NCBI GenBank assembly: GCA_963664195.1
Contig: OY760907.1
Location: forward strand, 1,472,001 to 1,536,000
DNA: 64,000 nt
Direction: 5' to 3'
From: an uncultured candidate division Zixibacteria bacterium
GTDB taxonomy: Bacteria > Zixibacteria > MSB-5A5 > GN15 > FEB-12
The position numbers and the translations under genes were made by a program. Each line of letters begins with the position of its first letter. Within the stretch, counting starts at the first letter, position 1. The notes beneath the pieces were generated by a model that was not told the origin of the DNA, did no database searches, and saw nothing but the letters and a program-made list of their open reading frames with translations. This document shows positions 10,039-20,231 of the stretch, one piece after another.

Positions 10039-10263
10039 CTACGTGTAGAGCTTGTCGAAGTACTCCTTGATCGAGTCGGGCCAGAGGAAACGTTTCGACA
10101 CGGCCGCCTTGCAGAGTTTTGTCCAGCCGGAGGCGTCATTCGTCTTTAATTTCAAGGCATCCTCGAATACACGCACCATGTCGTCCACTTGCTCAGTGAT
10201 TGAGGCGCCGTCGAGTCCGCCGTTTTCAGCTGCCATCATCAGAACGTTAAGAGACTTTGTCAT
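10039..10263 (-). pseudogene. Internally deleted glycogen synthase remnant (74 aa)
   Basis: N-terminal NVLMMAAENGGL joined to C-terminal EQ...W...A...RFLW..S...Y..LY, both resembling GlgA ends; catalytic core absent. Confidence 0.55.
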
Positions 10264-10435
10264 CAGTGATACTTCCCGTGGGTGTTCTTGCAGTCGGGCG
10301 GTCCCGGATGCAGATATGTAGGAGCGTGTTCGGGATAATGTAATCGCTTTCCACGTTGAGTTAGTATACGTCAAGTTCTCATGCGATGTCAATACTGCTG
10401 CGGCGAAGCAAACGAGGCCCTTCAAACCTGCGAAG

Positions 10436-10468
10436 AAAAAACGGGGGCCGGCGTGAACCGGTCCCCGT
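10436..10468 (-). terminator. Intrinsic terminator of the RRM gene
   Basis: acgggggccgg/ccggtccccgt stem with A-run on + strand (U-run on - strand). Confidence 0.7.
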
Positions 10469-10489
10469 GTTGTTTGGTCAACTACCCGT

Positions 10490-10789
10490 TTAGTAGTTGT
10501 TGCGGCGACCGCCGCCGCCACCACCTCTGCCGCCGCCACGGTTTTCAGTGCGGGGGCGCGCCTGGTTGATGTTCAACGTCCGTCCGTCGAGTTCGGTGCC
10601 ATTCAGCCCGGCGATTGCTGCTTCAGCTTCATCATTGTTCGGCATTTCGACAAAGCCAAAACCCCGCGAATCACCGCTGAATCTGTCTCTGATGACACTT
10701 GCACCGGTGACTTCGCCAAAGCCCTCGAAGGCCTTGCGGAGGTCGTCGTCGCTGGTGCCGTACGCCAGGTTACCTACGTAGATATTCAT
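10490..10789 (-). CDS. RRM-domain RNA-binding protein with Gly/Arg-rich tail
   Basis: RNP2 IYVGNL, RNP1 RGFGFVEM, RGGG tail. Confidence 0.95.
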   Translation of the reverse strand: MNIYVGNLAYGTSDDDLRKAFEGFGEVTGASVIRDRFSGDSRGFGFVEMPNNDEAEAAIAGLNGTELDGRTLNINQARPRTENRGGGRGGGGGGRRNNY

Positions 10790-10979
10790 CCTACACTCCA
10801 GTTTTGTTTACCCCGCACGAACCTTCCATCATAGAATCCTCGCAACGCCAGATAAACCGATTGATGCGCACCAAGGCGCTTATATAACACTCTTAGCATT
10901 CAGCTGAATTGGATATTACCTGAAAAGAAAAGATACAAACTCGATACCATCTACCGGACACACCTCTATACTATACCCA

Positions 10980-11008
10980 AGTATAGCAAACGGCGTTTTT
11001 GCTGTCAA
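10980..11008 (-). promoter_or_regulatory. sigma70 promoter for the RRM gene
   Basis: Minus strand TTGACA-N17-TATACT. Confidence 0.75.
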
Positions 11009-11237
11009 TAGTTCTTTCGTCTTTGCGCCAATGAAACAAGCACCTAACCGTCGTGCAGCCAACACCTTCGACTGTCCCCCCCCTTTTTCTCCGGGGCACA
11101 CCGGCCGCAGGAATCTTCGTGGACCGCGTTTGCGACGAACAGTGCGAGACAGCGCAATGAACATTGGGAGAGGGCACGCGTGTTCCCCGAAAGGCGCAGC
11201 GGAGTAATGGAGTAGAATCAGAATATTCAGAGGGTGA

Positions 11238-12014
11238 TTAGAACAGACGAGCAATCAATTCCGGTAGGCCGAGTAGAACAAATGCTGATACCGTGACCAC
11301 GCCAATCAACAGCCAGCGCACAAAACCGGCTCCCCGTTTCACCGCGGCCTGTGCGCCGACCCACGCGCCGGCCATGTTGCCTATCGCGAGAATCAGGCCG
11401 ATTGTCCAGTTGACCTGATTGTTATAGACAAATACTCCAAGGGCAAATACGGTGAACAGGAGGATGATCAACACCTTGACGGCGTTGGCGCGGACGAGAT
11501 CAAAACCGGCACCGAGCACCAGACCTGCCAGAAGGAATATGCCAACCCCGGCTTGGATGAACCCGCCGTGAATACCGATTGCGAAAAACGTCAGCATTTG
11601 GATCACACCGGGTCGTTTTCCGAATTCCTCGGGGCGACCCTCGAGCCATCGTTTCGGGCGAATGATAAGCACCACCAGCATGACAGCCATCAGCATGCCA
11701 ATGACGCGCCGCATGGTTTCCTCGTCCAGATTGACGGCTATCTGTGCTCCAAGAACGGCGCCAAAGATAGCGGGCACGGCGAGCCAGATGCCTCTGCGGA
11801 AATCAAGTTTGCCGGCCTTCTGGAAGCGCCAGACGCCGACAGTGTTCTGCAGTGCAATAGCAACACGATTGGTGCCGTTGGCAACGTTGGCAGGGAGGCC
11901 GAGGAAGATAAGCAGCGGAAGCGTAATCAACGAGCCGCTGCCTGCGAGCGTATTGATGAAGCCGCAGGCGAACCCGGCCAGGATGACAAGAGGGTACAGG
12001 TACCAGTCCAACAT
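11238..12014 (-). CDS. Sulfite exporter TauE/SafE (TSUP) family membrane protein
   Basis: GFINTLAGSGSLITLP, ANGTN, GGFIQAGVG; about 8 TM helices. Confidence 0.88.
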   Translation of the reverse strand: MLDWYLYPLVILAGFACGFINTLAGSGSLITLPLLIFLGLPANVANGTNRVAIALQNTVGVWRFQKAGKLDFRRGIWLAVPAIFGAVLGAQIAVNLDEETMRRVIGMLMAVMLVVLIIRPKRWLEGRPEEFGKRPGVIQMLTFFAIGIHGGFIQAGVGIFLLAGLVLGAGFDLVRANAVKVLIILLFTVFALGVFVYNNQVNWTIGLILAIGNMAGAWVGAQAAVKRGAGFVRWLLIGVVTVSAFVLLGLPELIARLF

Positions 12015-12089
12015 TCGTTATCGTTAAGTCCGTGGTTTCATGTCTGTTCCGAAACAGGATAGCCGTTCGCGCAGGAATGTCCAACGGTT

Positions 12090-12848
12090 TTATCCAAGCG
12101 GAGGATGGTGCATCCAGACGTTCGGTTCGATATACAGGCCGGTGTCCGCTTCGCAGTCGATCTTCACCGGCACGAGCGCTCCCGGGACGACATAGTCGCC
12201 GGATTCGGGAAACTTCATACCGGTTCGCTTTTCCCACTCGGCTACCGTGCCGGGGATACGCATCGCCGTGACGCACGGCCTGACAATACGAGCACCAAGA
12301 CGGGCATGAACGCGCATCCAGGGATCAAACGGGAGACCATCGCCGTTGGTCCACCGGACGTAATGGTCGATCGGCGTAATCGGATATTGCGTTTTGAGGC
12401 TCGGACGCACGGGAGCAATCAGACCCTGAAGGCCTTTATCGGCGCCGATTCGTTTCATAGCAGAAACCGCCTTGCTGCTGAGCCCCTGTTTCTGGTGATC
12501 GGGGGAGACCATGACTTGAATGGCGCAGAGGATGTTTGGTGCGCATCCGGCTTCGTGATCTTTGACGCCCTTTTCGATGGCCCAGTCCCAACCGTCGTCA
12601 GGGAGAGCCTCAGGTTTGTTGTCCCAGTACAACGGGATGCAGTTGCCGATGGCCGCGGGGGAGTCGCCTTCGTTTTCGATCAGGGCAAACTGGTATTCAG
12701 GGAAGTACTTGAACATCTCGTCGAAATAGGCCGAGGCCGGGTCGTGGAGCATGAGTTCCGGCCAGACGATTCGCGCCATGGTGTTGTTGGCATCCCAGAT
12801 CTCCGGGTGGTCGGTGGCGGTGATGATGGTGTATTTCGAGTCGGTCAT
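12090..12848 (-). CDS. GNAT-family N-acetyltransferase
   Basis: V.PDHQKQGLS motif A; DPWMRVH.RLG motif. Confidence 0.75.
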   Translation of the reverse strand: MTDSKYTIITATDHPEIWDANNTMARIVWPELMLHDPASAYFDEMFKYFPEYQFALIENEGDSPAAIGNCIPLYWDNKPEALPDDGWDWAIEKGVKDHEAGCAPNILCAIQVMVSPDHQKQGLSSKAVSAMKRIGADKGLQGLIAPVRPSLKTQYPITPIDHYVRWTNGDGLPFDPWMRVHARLGARIVRPCVTAMRIPGTVAEWEKRTGMKFPESGDYVVPGALVPVKIDCEADTGLYIEPNVWMHHPPLG

Positions 12849-13197
12849 GTTTTCGTCTTTCTGTTGTCGGTCCGGTCGTGTCGAATAATAGTGGTTAGGT
12901 ACGGGCTTTGTCAGTAGATTGTTTCGCGGGGATCGGGATAGGCGTCAACGTTGCCATGCGGATTAAGGTCAGAGTCGGCAACGAGAGTCTCCGATCCGTC
13001 AGTTTTCGTCAAGGCGGGCGTGCGGTTTCGGTTGTCGGTGCCCTGTTCCGGTGCCAATCCCAATGGTATTCAATGAATCAGCTGTGAGACTCCTTTCTCT
13101 CTGGGATGGAGCAGAACTAGCCGATTCTACGGTGTTGCGGGGGCAAAAGGGCGTTGCATCGACGGTTCATTTTGTGTAAGTTGTTGCTGCCAAAAGA

Positions 13198-13280
<83 letters not shown>

Positions 13281-13403
13281 TTTCACCGGTCGGACGACTC
13301 GGGAACCATTGGGCGTTATAAACTGTCAGATGGTTTGAAAGGCAGAGTATGTCCCGCCCGGCGTTTTGGTTTGCTGTGAAACATCTAAACTAGAGGTAAT
13401 AGA

Positions 13404-14663
13404 GTGAAGGTTGAGATTAAGGAAGGCGAAGGGCTCAAGCGGGAAGTGAAGGTAGAAGTTCCGGTAGAAGCCTTCAATGCGGCGATGGATGGCAAGTTCG
13501 CCGAGTTGAGACGCGATGTTCAGGTGAAGGGTTTCCGCAAGGGGAAGACCCCGATGAGCATGATCAAAGATATGTACGGCGATAGTGTCAAGGCAGACGT
13601 CGTTGACGAGCTCATCAAGGACACGATGCCGAAAGCGGTTCAGGAGCATGATCTGAAGATCGCCGGGCCGCCCTCGATAACCGATCTCGATCTCAGTGAT
13701 GAAGGTGTTTTGACATACTCCGCGATGGTCGAAGTGTTTCCTGAAGTCGACAAGGTGGATTTTGATGGCCTCGAGCTGCAGGAGCTTTCGGTTAAGGTTG
13801 AAGACAAAGAAGTTGACGAGTTGATCGACCACATGCGTAGGGAGCTTTCGACTCTGAAGCCGCTGGAGAGGGCTGCCACAGACAATGATGTGGTCGTGGT
13901 TGACATGGTGAAAGTGTCGGACTCGAAAAACGCTCTGGCCGAGAGTAGTTTCCCGGACTCCCAGATTGATCTTGGCAATCCGATGACGGTCAAGGAATTC
14001 AGAGAGCAGATTCCCGGCCTTAAGGCGGGTGAGCAGAAGGAAATAGAAGTCGTTTATGAAGACGACTACGCCGATGCCAGTTTTGCCGGTGCGAAGATCA
14101 AGTATCTCTGCAAGGTGAAATCGGTCAATGAGCGGGAAATGCCGGAACTCGACGATGCTTTCGCCAAACGTACCAAGCAGGCTGAAACCGCGCTCGAGCT
14201 TAAAATGAAAGTGCGTGAGAATATTCAGCAGCAGAAGGATGACAACGAGAACCGGGTGCATAAGCGTGATGTTATGCGCTTGATGGTCGAGAAGAACCAG
14301 ATTCCGATCCCTGAGACATTTGTTAACGAGTATCTGGATTCGATGCTGGAGGATATGAAGAAATCCAACCAGAAATTCGACGAGAAAGAGGTGCGCGAGA
14401 AATATCGTCCGGTTGGTATTGAGTCGATGCGCTGGGATATGATCTGGCATACGCTGGCTGAGCAACAAAGCATTGAAGTTTTGGAAGAAGATACCGAAAA
14501 CTGGATCAAAGGGTTTGCCGCCCACAATAATACTACTGTGGAGCAGGCGCGCACGGTGCTCAATCAGTCCGGACGGGTGAATCAGCTTCGTGAGTCAATG
14601 CTTGAAGGCAAGGTGTTGGACTTCCTCATTGGCACTGCCAAAAAAGTCCCTGCTAAGGAATAA
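13404..14663 (+). CDS. tig: Trigger factor
   Basis: GFRKGK ribosome-binding motif; tig-clpP-clpX synteny. Confidence 0.95.
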   Translation: MKVEIKEGEGLKREVKVEVPVEAFNAAMDGKFAELRRDVQVKGFRKGKTPMSMIKDMYGDSVKADVVDELIKDTMPKAVQEHDLKIAGPPSITDLDLSDEGVLTYSAMVEVFPEVDKVDFDGLELQELSVKVEDKEVDELIDHMRRELSTLKPLERAATDNDVVVVDMVKVSDSKNALAESSFPDSQIDLGNPMTVKEFREQIPGLKAGEQKEIEVVYEDDYADASFAGAKIKYLCKVKSVNEREMPELDDAFAKRTKQAETALELKMKVRENIQQQKDDNENRVHKRDVMRLMVEKNQIPIPETFVNEYLDSMLEDMKKSNQKFDEKEVREKYRPVGIESMRWDMIWHTLAEQQSIEVLEEDTENWIKGFAAHNNTTVEQARTVLNQSGRVNQLRESMLEGKVLDFLIGTAKKVPAKE

Positions 14664-14717
14664 CGAACGGAATTCGGAATATTGAATCGACGCTTTGGCG
14701 TTGGGAGAAAAAGGTTT

Positions 14718-15332
14718 ATGGACAACAACACGTTGAGCAATTATCTGGTCCCGATGGTGGTTGAGCAGACCGGTCGGGGAGAGCGGGCGTATGATATTTT
14801 TTCACGTCTTCTCAAGGATCGGATTATTTTCATCGGGACGCCTATTGACGACGGTGTGGCGAATCTTGTGGTCGCCCAGATGCTGTTCCTTGAGGCTGAA
14901 GATCCGGAAAAAGACATTTTCGTGTATATCAACTCACCGGGCGGTTCGGTGACGGCTATGCTGGCCATGTACGATACTATGCAGTTCATCAAGCCGGATG
15001 TTGCCACGACCTGTATGGGGCTGGCCGCCTCGGCCGGGGCTTTTCTGTTGATGGCCGGAACGGCCGGAAAACGCGCTGCGTTGCCGAACAGCCGGATTAT
15101 GATTCACCAGCCGTTGGGAGGAACCCAGGGTCAGGTTTCTGATATGGTCATTATGACCGAAGAGGCGGTGAATACGAAGAAGAAAATCAATGATCTTCTC
15201 GTAGTACATACAGGTCAGCCGCTGGAGAGAATCCAGATTGATACCGACCGTAACAACTTCATGTCGCCCGAAGAGGCTAAAGCGTACGGCCTGATCGACA
15301 AGATTTATGATGTGAAGCGAGAAGAGAAGTAG
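14718..15332 (+). CDS. clpP: ATP-dependent Clp protease proteolytic subunit
   Basis: [37 protein letters not shown]. Confidence 0.97.
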   Translation: MDNNTLSNYLVPMVVEQTGRGERAYDIFSRLLKDRIIFIGTPIDDGVANLVVAQMLFLEAEDPEKDIFVYINSPGGSVTAMLAMYDTMQFIKPDVATTCMGLAASAGAFLLMAGTAGKRAALPNSRIMIHQPLGGTQGQVSDMVIMTEEAVNTKKKINDLLVVHTGQPLERIQIDTDRNNFMSPEEAKAYGLIDKIYDVKREEK

Positions 15333-15342
15333 TAAGAGCAAT

Positions 15343-16620
15343 ATGTCAAAAGAGACGTTTGATCCAGGCACGCAGCAACGGTGTTCGTTCTGCGGCAAAC
15401 CGCACGCTCAAGTGAAGCGGTTGTTCTCCGGTCACGAGTCGTACATCTGTAACGAGTGCGTGATGCTCTGCAACGATCTGCTGCAGAGTTCGCCGGATTT
15501 TGAACCGAGCGAGGAGATTCGCGATCTGCCGACTCCGGCTCATATCAAGGCATTCCTTGATAAGTACGTGATCGGTCAGGAAAGCGCCAAGCGGATGGTG
15601 TCGGTAGCGGTATATAACCACTACAAACGCATCAACTACCGTCTGGATCAGAAGTCCAGGGGACGACTGACGGCTTCGAGTGACGAGGTTGAGCTTGAAA
15701 AAGCGAACATCCTCATGCTCGGACCGACCGGCACCGGCAAGACCTTGATCGCGAGATCGCTGGCCAAGTTCCTCAAGGTGCCGTTTACCATTGCCGATGC
15801 CACGGTGCTTACCGAGGCGGGGTATGTGGGCGAGGATGTCGAGAACATTCTCGTGCGGCTGTTCCAGGCGTCGAATTTCAACCCGCACAAAACCGAACGG
15901 GGGATAATCTATATCGACGAACTCGATAAGATTTCCCGCAAGGACGGTAACCCGTCGATTACCCGCGATGTCTCCGGCGAGGGTGTCCAGCAGGGTTTGT
16001 TGAAAATCCTTGAGGGCACCGTGGCCAACATCCCACCGCGCGGCGGACGGAAACATCCGGAACAGGCGTTTGTGCAGATAGACACGACCAACATCCTGTT
16101 TATCTGTGGCGGAGCGTTCGACGGTCTCGAAAAGATCATCTCGCGCCGCATGGGCAACAAGGTGGTTGGGTTTGAGGTTGAGAAATCGGCGATAAGCGAG
16201 AAATCAATCGACATTCTTGACCGTGTGACGCCGTCGGATTTGATCAGCTACGGATTGATTCCTGAACTCGTCGGACGTCTCCCGGTGGCAGCCTCGTTGC
16301 AGCCGCTTGACGAAGCGGCCCTGTTGACGATTCTTACGGAGCCGAAGGACGCGCTTACCAAGCAGTACGCCAAACTTATGGAAATGGAGAACGTCCGGTT
16401 GACGTTTGAACCGGAGGCGCTGAAAGCGGCGGTGAAAATCGCGGCCGAACGCAACACCGGGGCAAGGGCTTTGCGGTCCATTTTCGAACGCGCAATGCTG
16501 GAGATATTGTACGACGTACCTTCGCATCCGGAGATCGCCGAGGTTGTTGTGACGGCCGAGACGGTTACCGAGGGCAAGCCGCCGAAACTGATCAAGCGGA
16601 GCGACAAGAAGGCCGGTTGA
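15343..16620 (+). CDS. clpX: ATP-dependent Clp protease ATP-binding subunit
   Basis: C4 zinc finger CSFCGK...[30 protein letters not shown]. Confidence 0.97.
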   Translation: MSKETFDPGTQQRCSFCGKPHAQVKRLFSGHESYICNECVMLCNDLLQSSPDFEPSEEIRDLPTPAHIKAFLDKYVIGQESAKRMVSVAVYNHYKRINYRLDQKSRGRLTASSDEVELEKANILMLGPTGTGKTLIARSLAKFLKVPFTIADATVLTEAGYVGEDVENILVRLFQASNFNPHKTERGIIYIDELDKISRKDGNPSITRDVSGEGVQQGLLKILEGTVANIPPRGGRKHPEQAFVQIDTTNILFICGGAFDGLEKIISRRMGNKVVGFEVEKSAISEKSIDILDRVTPSDLISYGLIPELVGRLPVAASLQPLDEAALLTILTEPKDALTKQYAKLMEMENVRLTFEPEALKAAVKIAAERNTGARALRSIFERAMLEILYDVPSHPEIAEVVVTAETVTEGKPPKLIKRSDKKAG

Positions 16621-16644
16621 TCTGGTTGATTGTTGAATGATATG

Positions 16645-16676
16645 AACCGGAGTCCTGCAAGGGGCTCCGGTTTTTT
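16645..16676 (+). terminator. Intrinsic terminator after clpX
   Basis: aaccggagtcct-gcaa-ggggctccggtt followed by T-run. Confidence 0.8.
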
Positions 16677-16987
16677 GTGGGAGGAGTGGAGTCCTCAGAG
16701 GAGTCAAGCTTCTCGTCAGTCAGACGCCTTTCCCTCTTATGTGCCGTCAGGTGTCAGCGACACGGTGTGTCCCCACCTGACAGCTTCGGAAGTGTGTTTG
16801 GCCGCTTTCGTTCTGCACTGAACCTGATATCGACGTCCGCTGACCCTGACAGCACGTAGCGGGAGAGACTTGCTCGACACCCAGAAGTGATCCTCCTCTT
16901 CTCACTTTTCTCCTGTACTTGCGAACCTGAAGCGAAGACTTACGTTTAAGAGAGCATCGGACCACCCCAAACCCAAACGGAGGAATC

Positions 16988-17470
16988 ATGCATCAGTCCA
17001 TCGCCCAGATCGCCGCCCTGTACAACCTGAACACTCAGCTCCTTACAAAAACGCTCGCCGGTATCAAAGACGAAGACACGTCCACTCGCCCAAATGACAA
17101 GGCCAACTCCGCCAATTTCGTCGCCGGACACACCGTCTCCTCACGGTACAGTGTAGCTGCCTGCCTTGGACTCAAAGAGGAATGCCCGTGGGGCGAGCTG
17201 TACGGAATGGGAGCGAAGATCAAGGATGCGTCGGAGTATCCGTCGATGGATGAAATCAAAAAAGTATGGGCCGATATTTCGGAAAAGATTGCCGCTCAAT
17301 TGGAGAAGGTCGACGAGGCTACCCTCAATGCCGAAGGTGCCTGGCAGCCGCCGGGATGCGAAAAGACGAATCTCGGCATCGTGACTTTCTTGCAGTTCCA
17401 CGAGAGCTATCACATCGGGCAGCTTGCGTACTTAGGTCGATTGCTCGGTGGCGAGCAGTTGTTCGGGTAG
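16988..17470 (+). CDS. DinB/YfiT-family protein
   Basis: N-terminal GH and C-terminal HESYHIGQ His triad. Confidence 0.85.
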   Translation: MHQSIAQIAALYNLNTQLLTKTLAGIKDEDTSTRPNDKANSANFVAGHTVSSRYSVAACLGLKEECPWGELYGMGAKIKDASEYPSMDEIKKVWADISEKIAAQLEKVDEATLNAEGAWQPPGCEKTNLGIVTFLQFHESYHIGQLAYLGRLLGGEQLFG

Positions 17471-17480
17471 GGGGAACTAC

Positions 17481-17575
17481 AATAAGTCACACTGAGCCTG
17501 TCGAAGTGTGCCCCGAATGGAGAGAAGAGGCAATCAAGTGACGCAGTCTTCGACAGGCTCAGACTGACTTGATTG
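17481..17575. repeat. 95-bp palindromic intergenic repeat (CTGAGCCTGTCGAAG...CTTCGACAGGCTCAG family), copy 1
   Basis: One mismatch versus 18472-18566. Confidence 0.9.
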
Positions 17576-17597
17576 ACAGATTGACATGACAGCAGTT

Positions 17598-17660
17598 GTA
17601 GGTCAGAACCCCTGCGGTTCTGACAGGGACAATGTCGAAACTACAGGAGTTTCGACCTAC
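17598..17660. repeat. Inverted pair of GTAG-type REP hairpins (REPIN-like)
   Basis: gtag-gtcagaacc...ggttctgac (17598-17624) and gtcgaaact...agtttcgac-ctac (17634-17660). Confidence 0.7.
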
Positions 17661-17922
17661 GAAAAGAGCACTGAAGACAAACCTGCAACGCCGGAATCGA
17701 TGACTCGAACGGCAGATCGAAAATCCGGTGCATCTGCTCAGAGTCGTCAAGCGAGGTCGCCTGACGACACATGCAAGGGGTGATTCTCGGCTCGGAAGAC
17801 TTGTGTGGAAGCGCGACCCGAGTTGTGCGAAAAGTCCCCTCTTGAGAGGGGATTTAGGGGTGTGTTTGGCTTTCGCGGGTTGCCCGCACAGACGAGAAAT
17901 CTCATATCACAAGGGGAGAATT

Positions 17923-18435
17923 ATGGTTAATCAAACGAAATGGAACGATCGCGAATTCAACTTCGATTTCCCTGTCGGCGTCTATCCGTGTTTGATCGCG
18001 AGACTGAAAGGCGCGGCAGTGAGGCTTGAGGAAATCGTCGCGTCGTTGCCGAAAGAAGTGTTGACGAAACCGGTCGAGGGCGGCTGGACGATTCAGGAAC
18101 ATATCGGGCATTTCAAGAATGTCGATGTTCTCCACGTGCGTCGTCTCGACGACTACGACAACTGTGAGGCAGTGCTTCGACCGCCGAAGATGACCGACGA
18201 GTACACGCCCAGCGGGAGGTTCAATGAGATGGAGATCGCTGACATCCTGAGCGATTTTCGAGCGGGCCGTGAGGTGTTTGTGAAACGGTTGGAGGCGTTG
18301 GACGAAGCGGGCGCGTCACGAAGCGCACATCACCCGAGATTGAACAAACCGATGCGGGTGGTTGATATGGTGTTGTTCGCCGCCGAACACGACGATCATC
18401 ATTTCGCGAGGATTGCGGAGCTGGCGCGGCGGTAG
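17923..18435 (+). CDS. DinB/YfiT-family protein
   Basis: WTIQEHIGH...AEHDDHH; RBS GGGGAG before ATG 17923. Confidence 0.85.
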   Translation: MVNQTKWNDREFNFDFPVGVYPCLIARLKGAAVRLEEIVASLPKEVLTKPVEGGWTIQEHIGHFKNVDVLHVRRLDDYDNCEAVLRPPKMTDEYTPSGRFNEMEIADILSDFRAGREVFVKRLEALDEAGASRSAHHPRLNKPMRVVDMVLFAAEHDDHHFARIAELARR

Positions 18436-18471
18436 GCAGGGTCTTCCGGCTTTGTGCGTGCGGTCGCTACT

Positions 18472-18566
18472 AATAAGTCACACTGAGCCTGTCGAAGTGT
18501 GCCCCGAATGGAGAGAAGAGGCAATCAAGTGGCGCAGTCTTCGACAGGCTCAGACTGACTTGATTG
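18472..18566. repeat. 95-bp palindromic intergenic repeat, copy 2
   Basis: Near-identical to 17481-17575. Confidence 0.9.
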
Positions 18567-18708
18567 GAGGCCTTGCGTGATTCGGGCACCGTCGTTCGAT
18601 TGGTCTGCGCTCATGACGTCACCACACGCCCGTTGACAGTCGCTTCTGTGTCGTGTATTCTACGGTCGGCGATAGGCATTGCTACTTCAACACCTGATCG
18701 GGGGATGA

Positions 18709-19404
18709 GTGAAAGTTTTCGGGACAAGAGCGGCACGGGGGAGGCGGATAGGGATTTGGCTGCTGTGTCCGCTAGTTCTTGTGGCTTCGCTGTCATTGTC
18801 TTGCACCAAATGGAGGTATTCGAGGGCTTTCTTCACGCCTGAGTATATGCCGCCGGAGGACGCCGATCCGGTGAGGCTGGATCGGCACAGCGTTCTCTCG
18901 GAGATGTTCGAGGAGTGGGTGGTCTACATAGACTTCAGAGGTATCAGTTGTGCTGAATCGAGTTCGGATGCGCGAGACCGTAATGTGTTTCTTATTGAGC
19001 AACCTACATCACCCGAAGAGGATTGGAACGCCTATTGGTTTGGTTTGTACTTCTGGCCTCCTGGTGATACCAGCTTCCTCGGTCGAGGTGGTGGGGAGTG
19101 GGCGCCCGGCAAATCCTCTGTCGATTCCAGCAGCAATACCGTGATTGTTGATACTATGTGGATTGAAGCTATTCCTTCGGGGATAATCGACACCCTGGCT
19201 CCCTGGACTCACGGTAACACGGCAGGCCGTATTTTCGGATTCCCTGTAGGGTACGTGGAGATTGATTCAACCGCTACTGCTATTGAAGTAAGCTTCACGG
19301 CTCGCTTGATTGATCCTGCAGGTGAGGAACTGACTAGCAAGGACTACAGCGTTCGCATGTTTCCATGGCGGGGTAAGTTCAATATGTGGACTCCGTGTGA
19401 ATGA
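18709..19404 (+). CDS. Hypothetical lipoprotein
   Basis: Basic N-terminus, hydrophobic stretch, SLSC lipobox-like motif. Confidence 0.55.
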   Translation: MKVFGTRAARGRRIGIWLLCPLVLVASLSLSCTKWRYSRAFFTPEYMPPEDADPVRLDRHSVLSEMFEEWVVYIDFRGISCAESSSDARDRNVFLIEQPTSPEEDWNAYWFGLYFWPPGDTSFLGRGGGEWAPGKSSVDSSSNTVIVDTMWIEAIPSGIIDTLAPWTHGNTAGRIFGFPVGYVEIDSTATAIEVSFTARLIDPAGEELTSKDYSVRMFPWRGKFNMWTPCE

Positions 19405-19481
19405 TGTGATTGCATGATGTCGGGTTTCTCGCCGCGCATGGTATGCGCGCCTCGGAACACCGACCTACAAGAGAATTGCCT

Positions 19482-20030
19482 CTATTCCTTGACTACCCTT
19501 AAAGTCGTTTTGACGTTGCGGCCGCGGAAGACAAAAGCGAGCTTCTTCTCCCACCATTCAACACTTTTCAGCCGAATGAGTAGTCGCGGAATCATGCTGA
19601 GCATGCTTGCGCCAAACGTCACCTCTGAACTCACGAGAGCGAATCGCGGAATCTGCTCCTGCAAATACGACTCGGTGAAAATCGTGTACCATCCGCTGGC
19701 AATGTGCCGCAGATGCGTCGGGTCTTTGTAGGAATCAACCGAGGAAAAGTGGGGCGTGACGATATGCACCTCGGCGTTCGGTTTCGCCACGCGGTGGATT
19801 TCGTTCATGAAATCAACTACCGACGAAACATGCTCAATCACGTGATGGGCATAGATCGTCTCAAAGCGATTCGCGGGCAAATCCCACGGCAAATCGTTCA
19901 TGTCCAGAACCTGATCGACCCCGGCGTACTTGTGGAGGTCCACCCCCCACGCACCTTCGACTTTGGAGGGTCCGCAGCCAAGATCGAGAATTGCGGTGGT
20001 CGGTTTGTGGGCAGGTTCAGGATTCGTCAC
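19482..20030 (-). CDS. Class I SAM-dependent methyltransferase
   Basis: ILDLGCG motif I, HVIEH, EIHRVAKP, DPTH; probable GTG start at 20030. Confidence 0.85.
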   Translation of the reverse strand: MTNPEPAHKPTTAILDLGCGPSKVEGAWGVDLHKYAGVDQVLDMNDLPWDLPANRFETIYAHHVIEHVSSVVDFMNEIHRVAKPNAEVHIVTPHFSSVDSYKDPTHLRHIASGWYTIFTESYLQEQIPRFALVSSEVTFGASMLSMIPRLLIRLKSVEWWEKKLAFVFRGRNVKTTLRVVKE

Positions 20031-20231
20031 GTTCTTTTGGTTGCCTGTGTGAGTGTTTCGTTGGCTGGTGCCAATATGGGGTAGTGGGAGTCGGGGAGCC
20101 AAGTAGAATTTGTGAGACGAGGTAAGTACGTGGGGCGGGTCCGTCTTTGAACCCGCCGGAAGGATCGAACTCCATGGGTTCGACATTGAGATTGTCAGGC
20201 CAGGAGACAGGCCTGACCTGCAAGATGATAT

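Noticed and set aside
17481..18566. Possible CRISPR repeats
   Set aside because: Only two 95-bp copies about 1 kb apart with a gene between them; no regular spacers and no cas genes.
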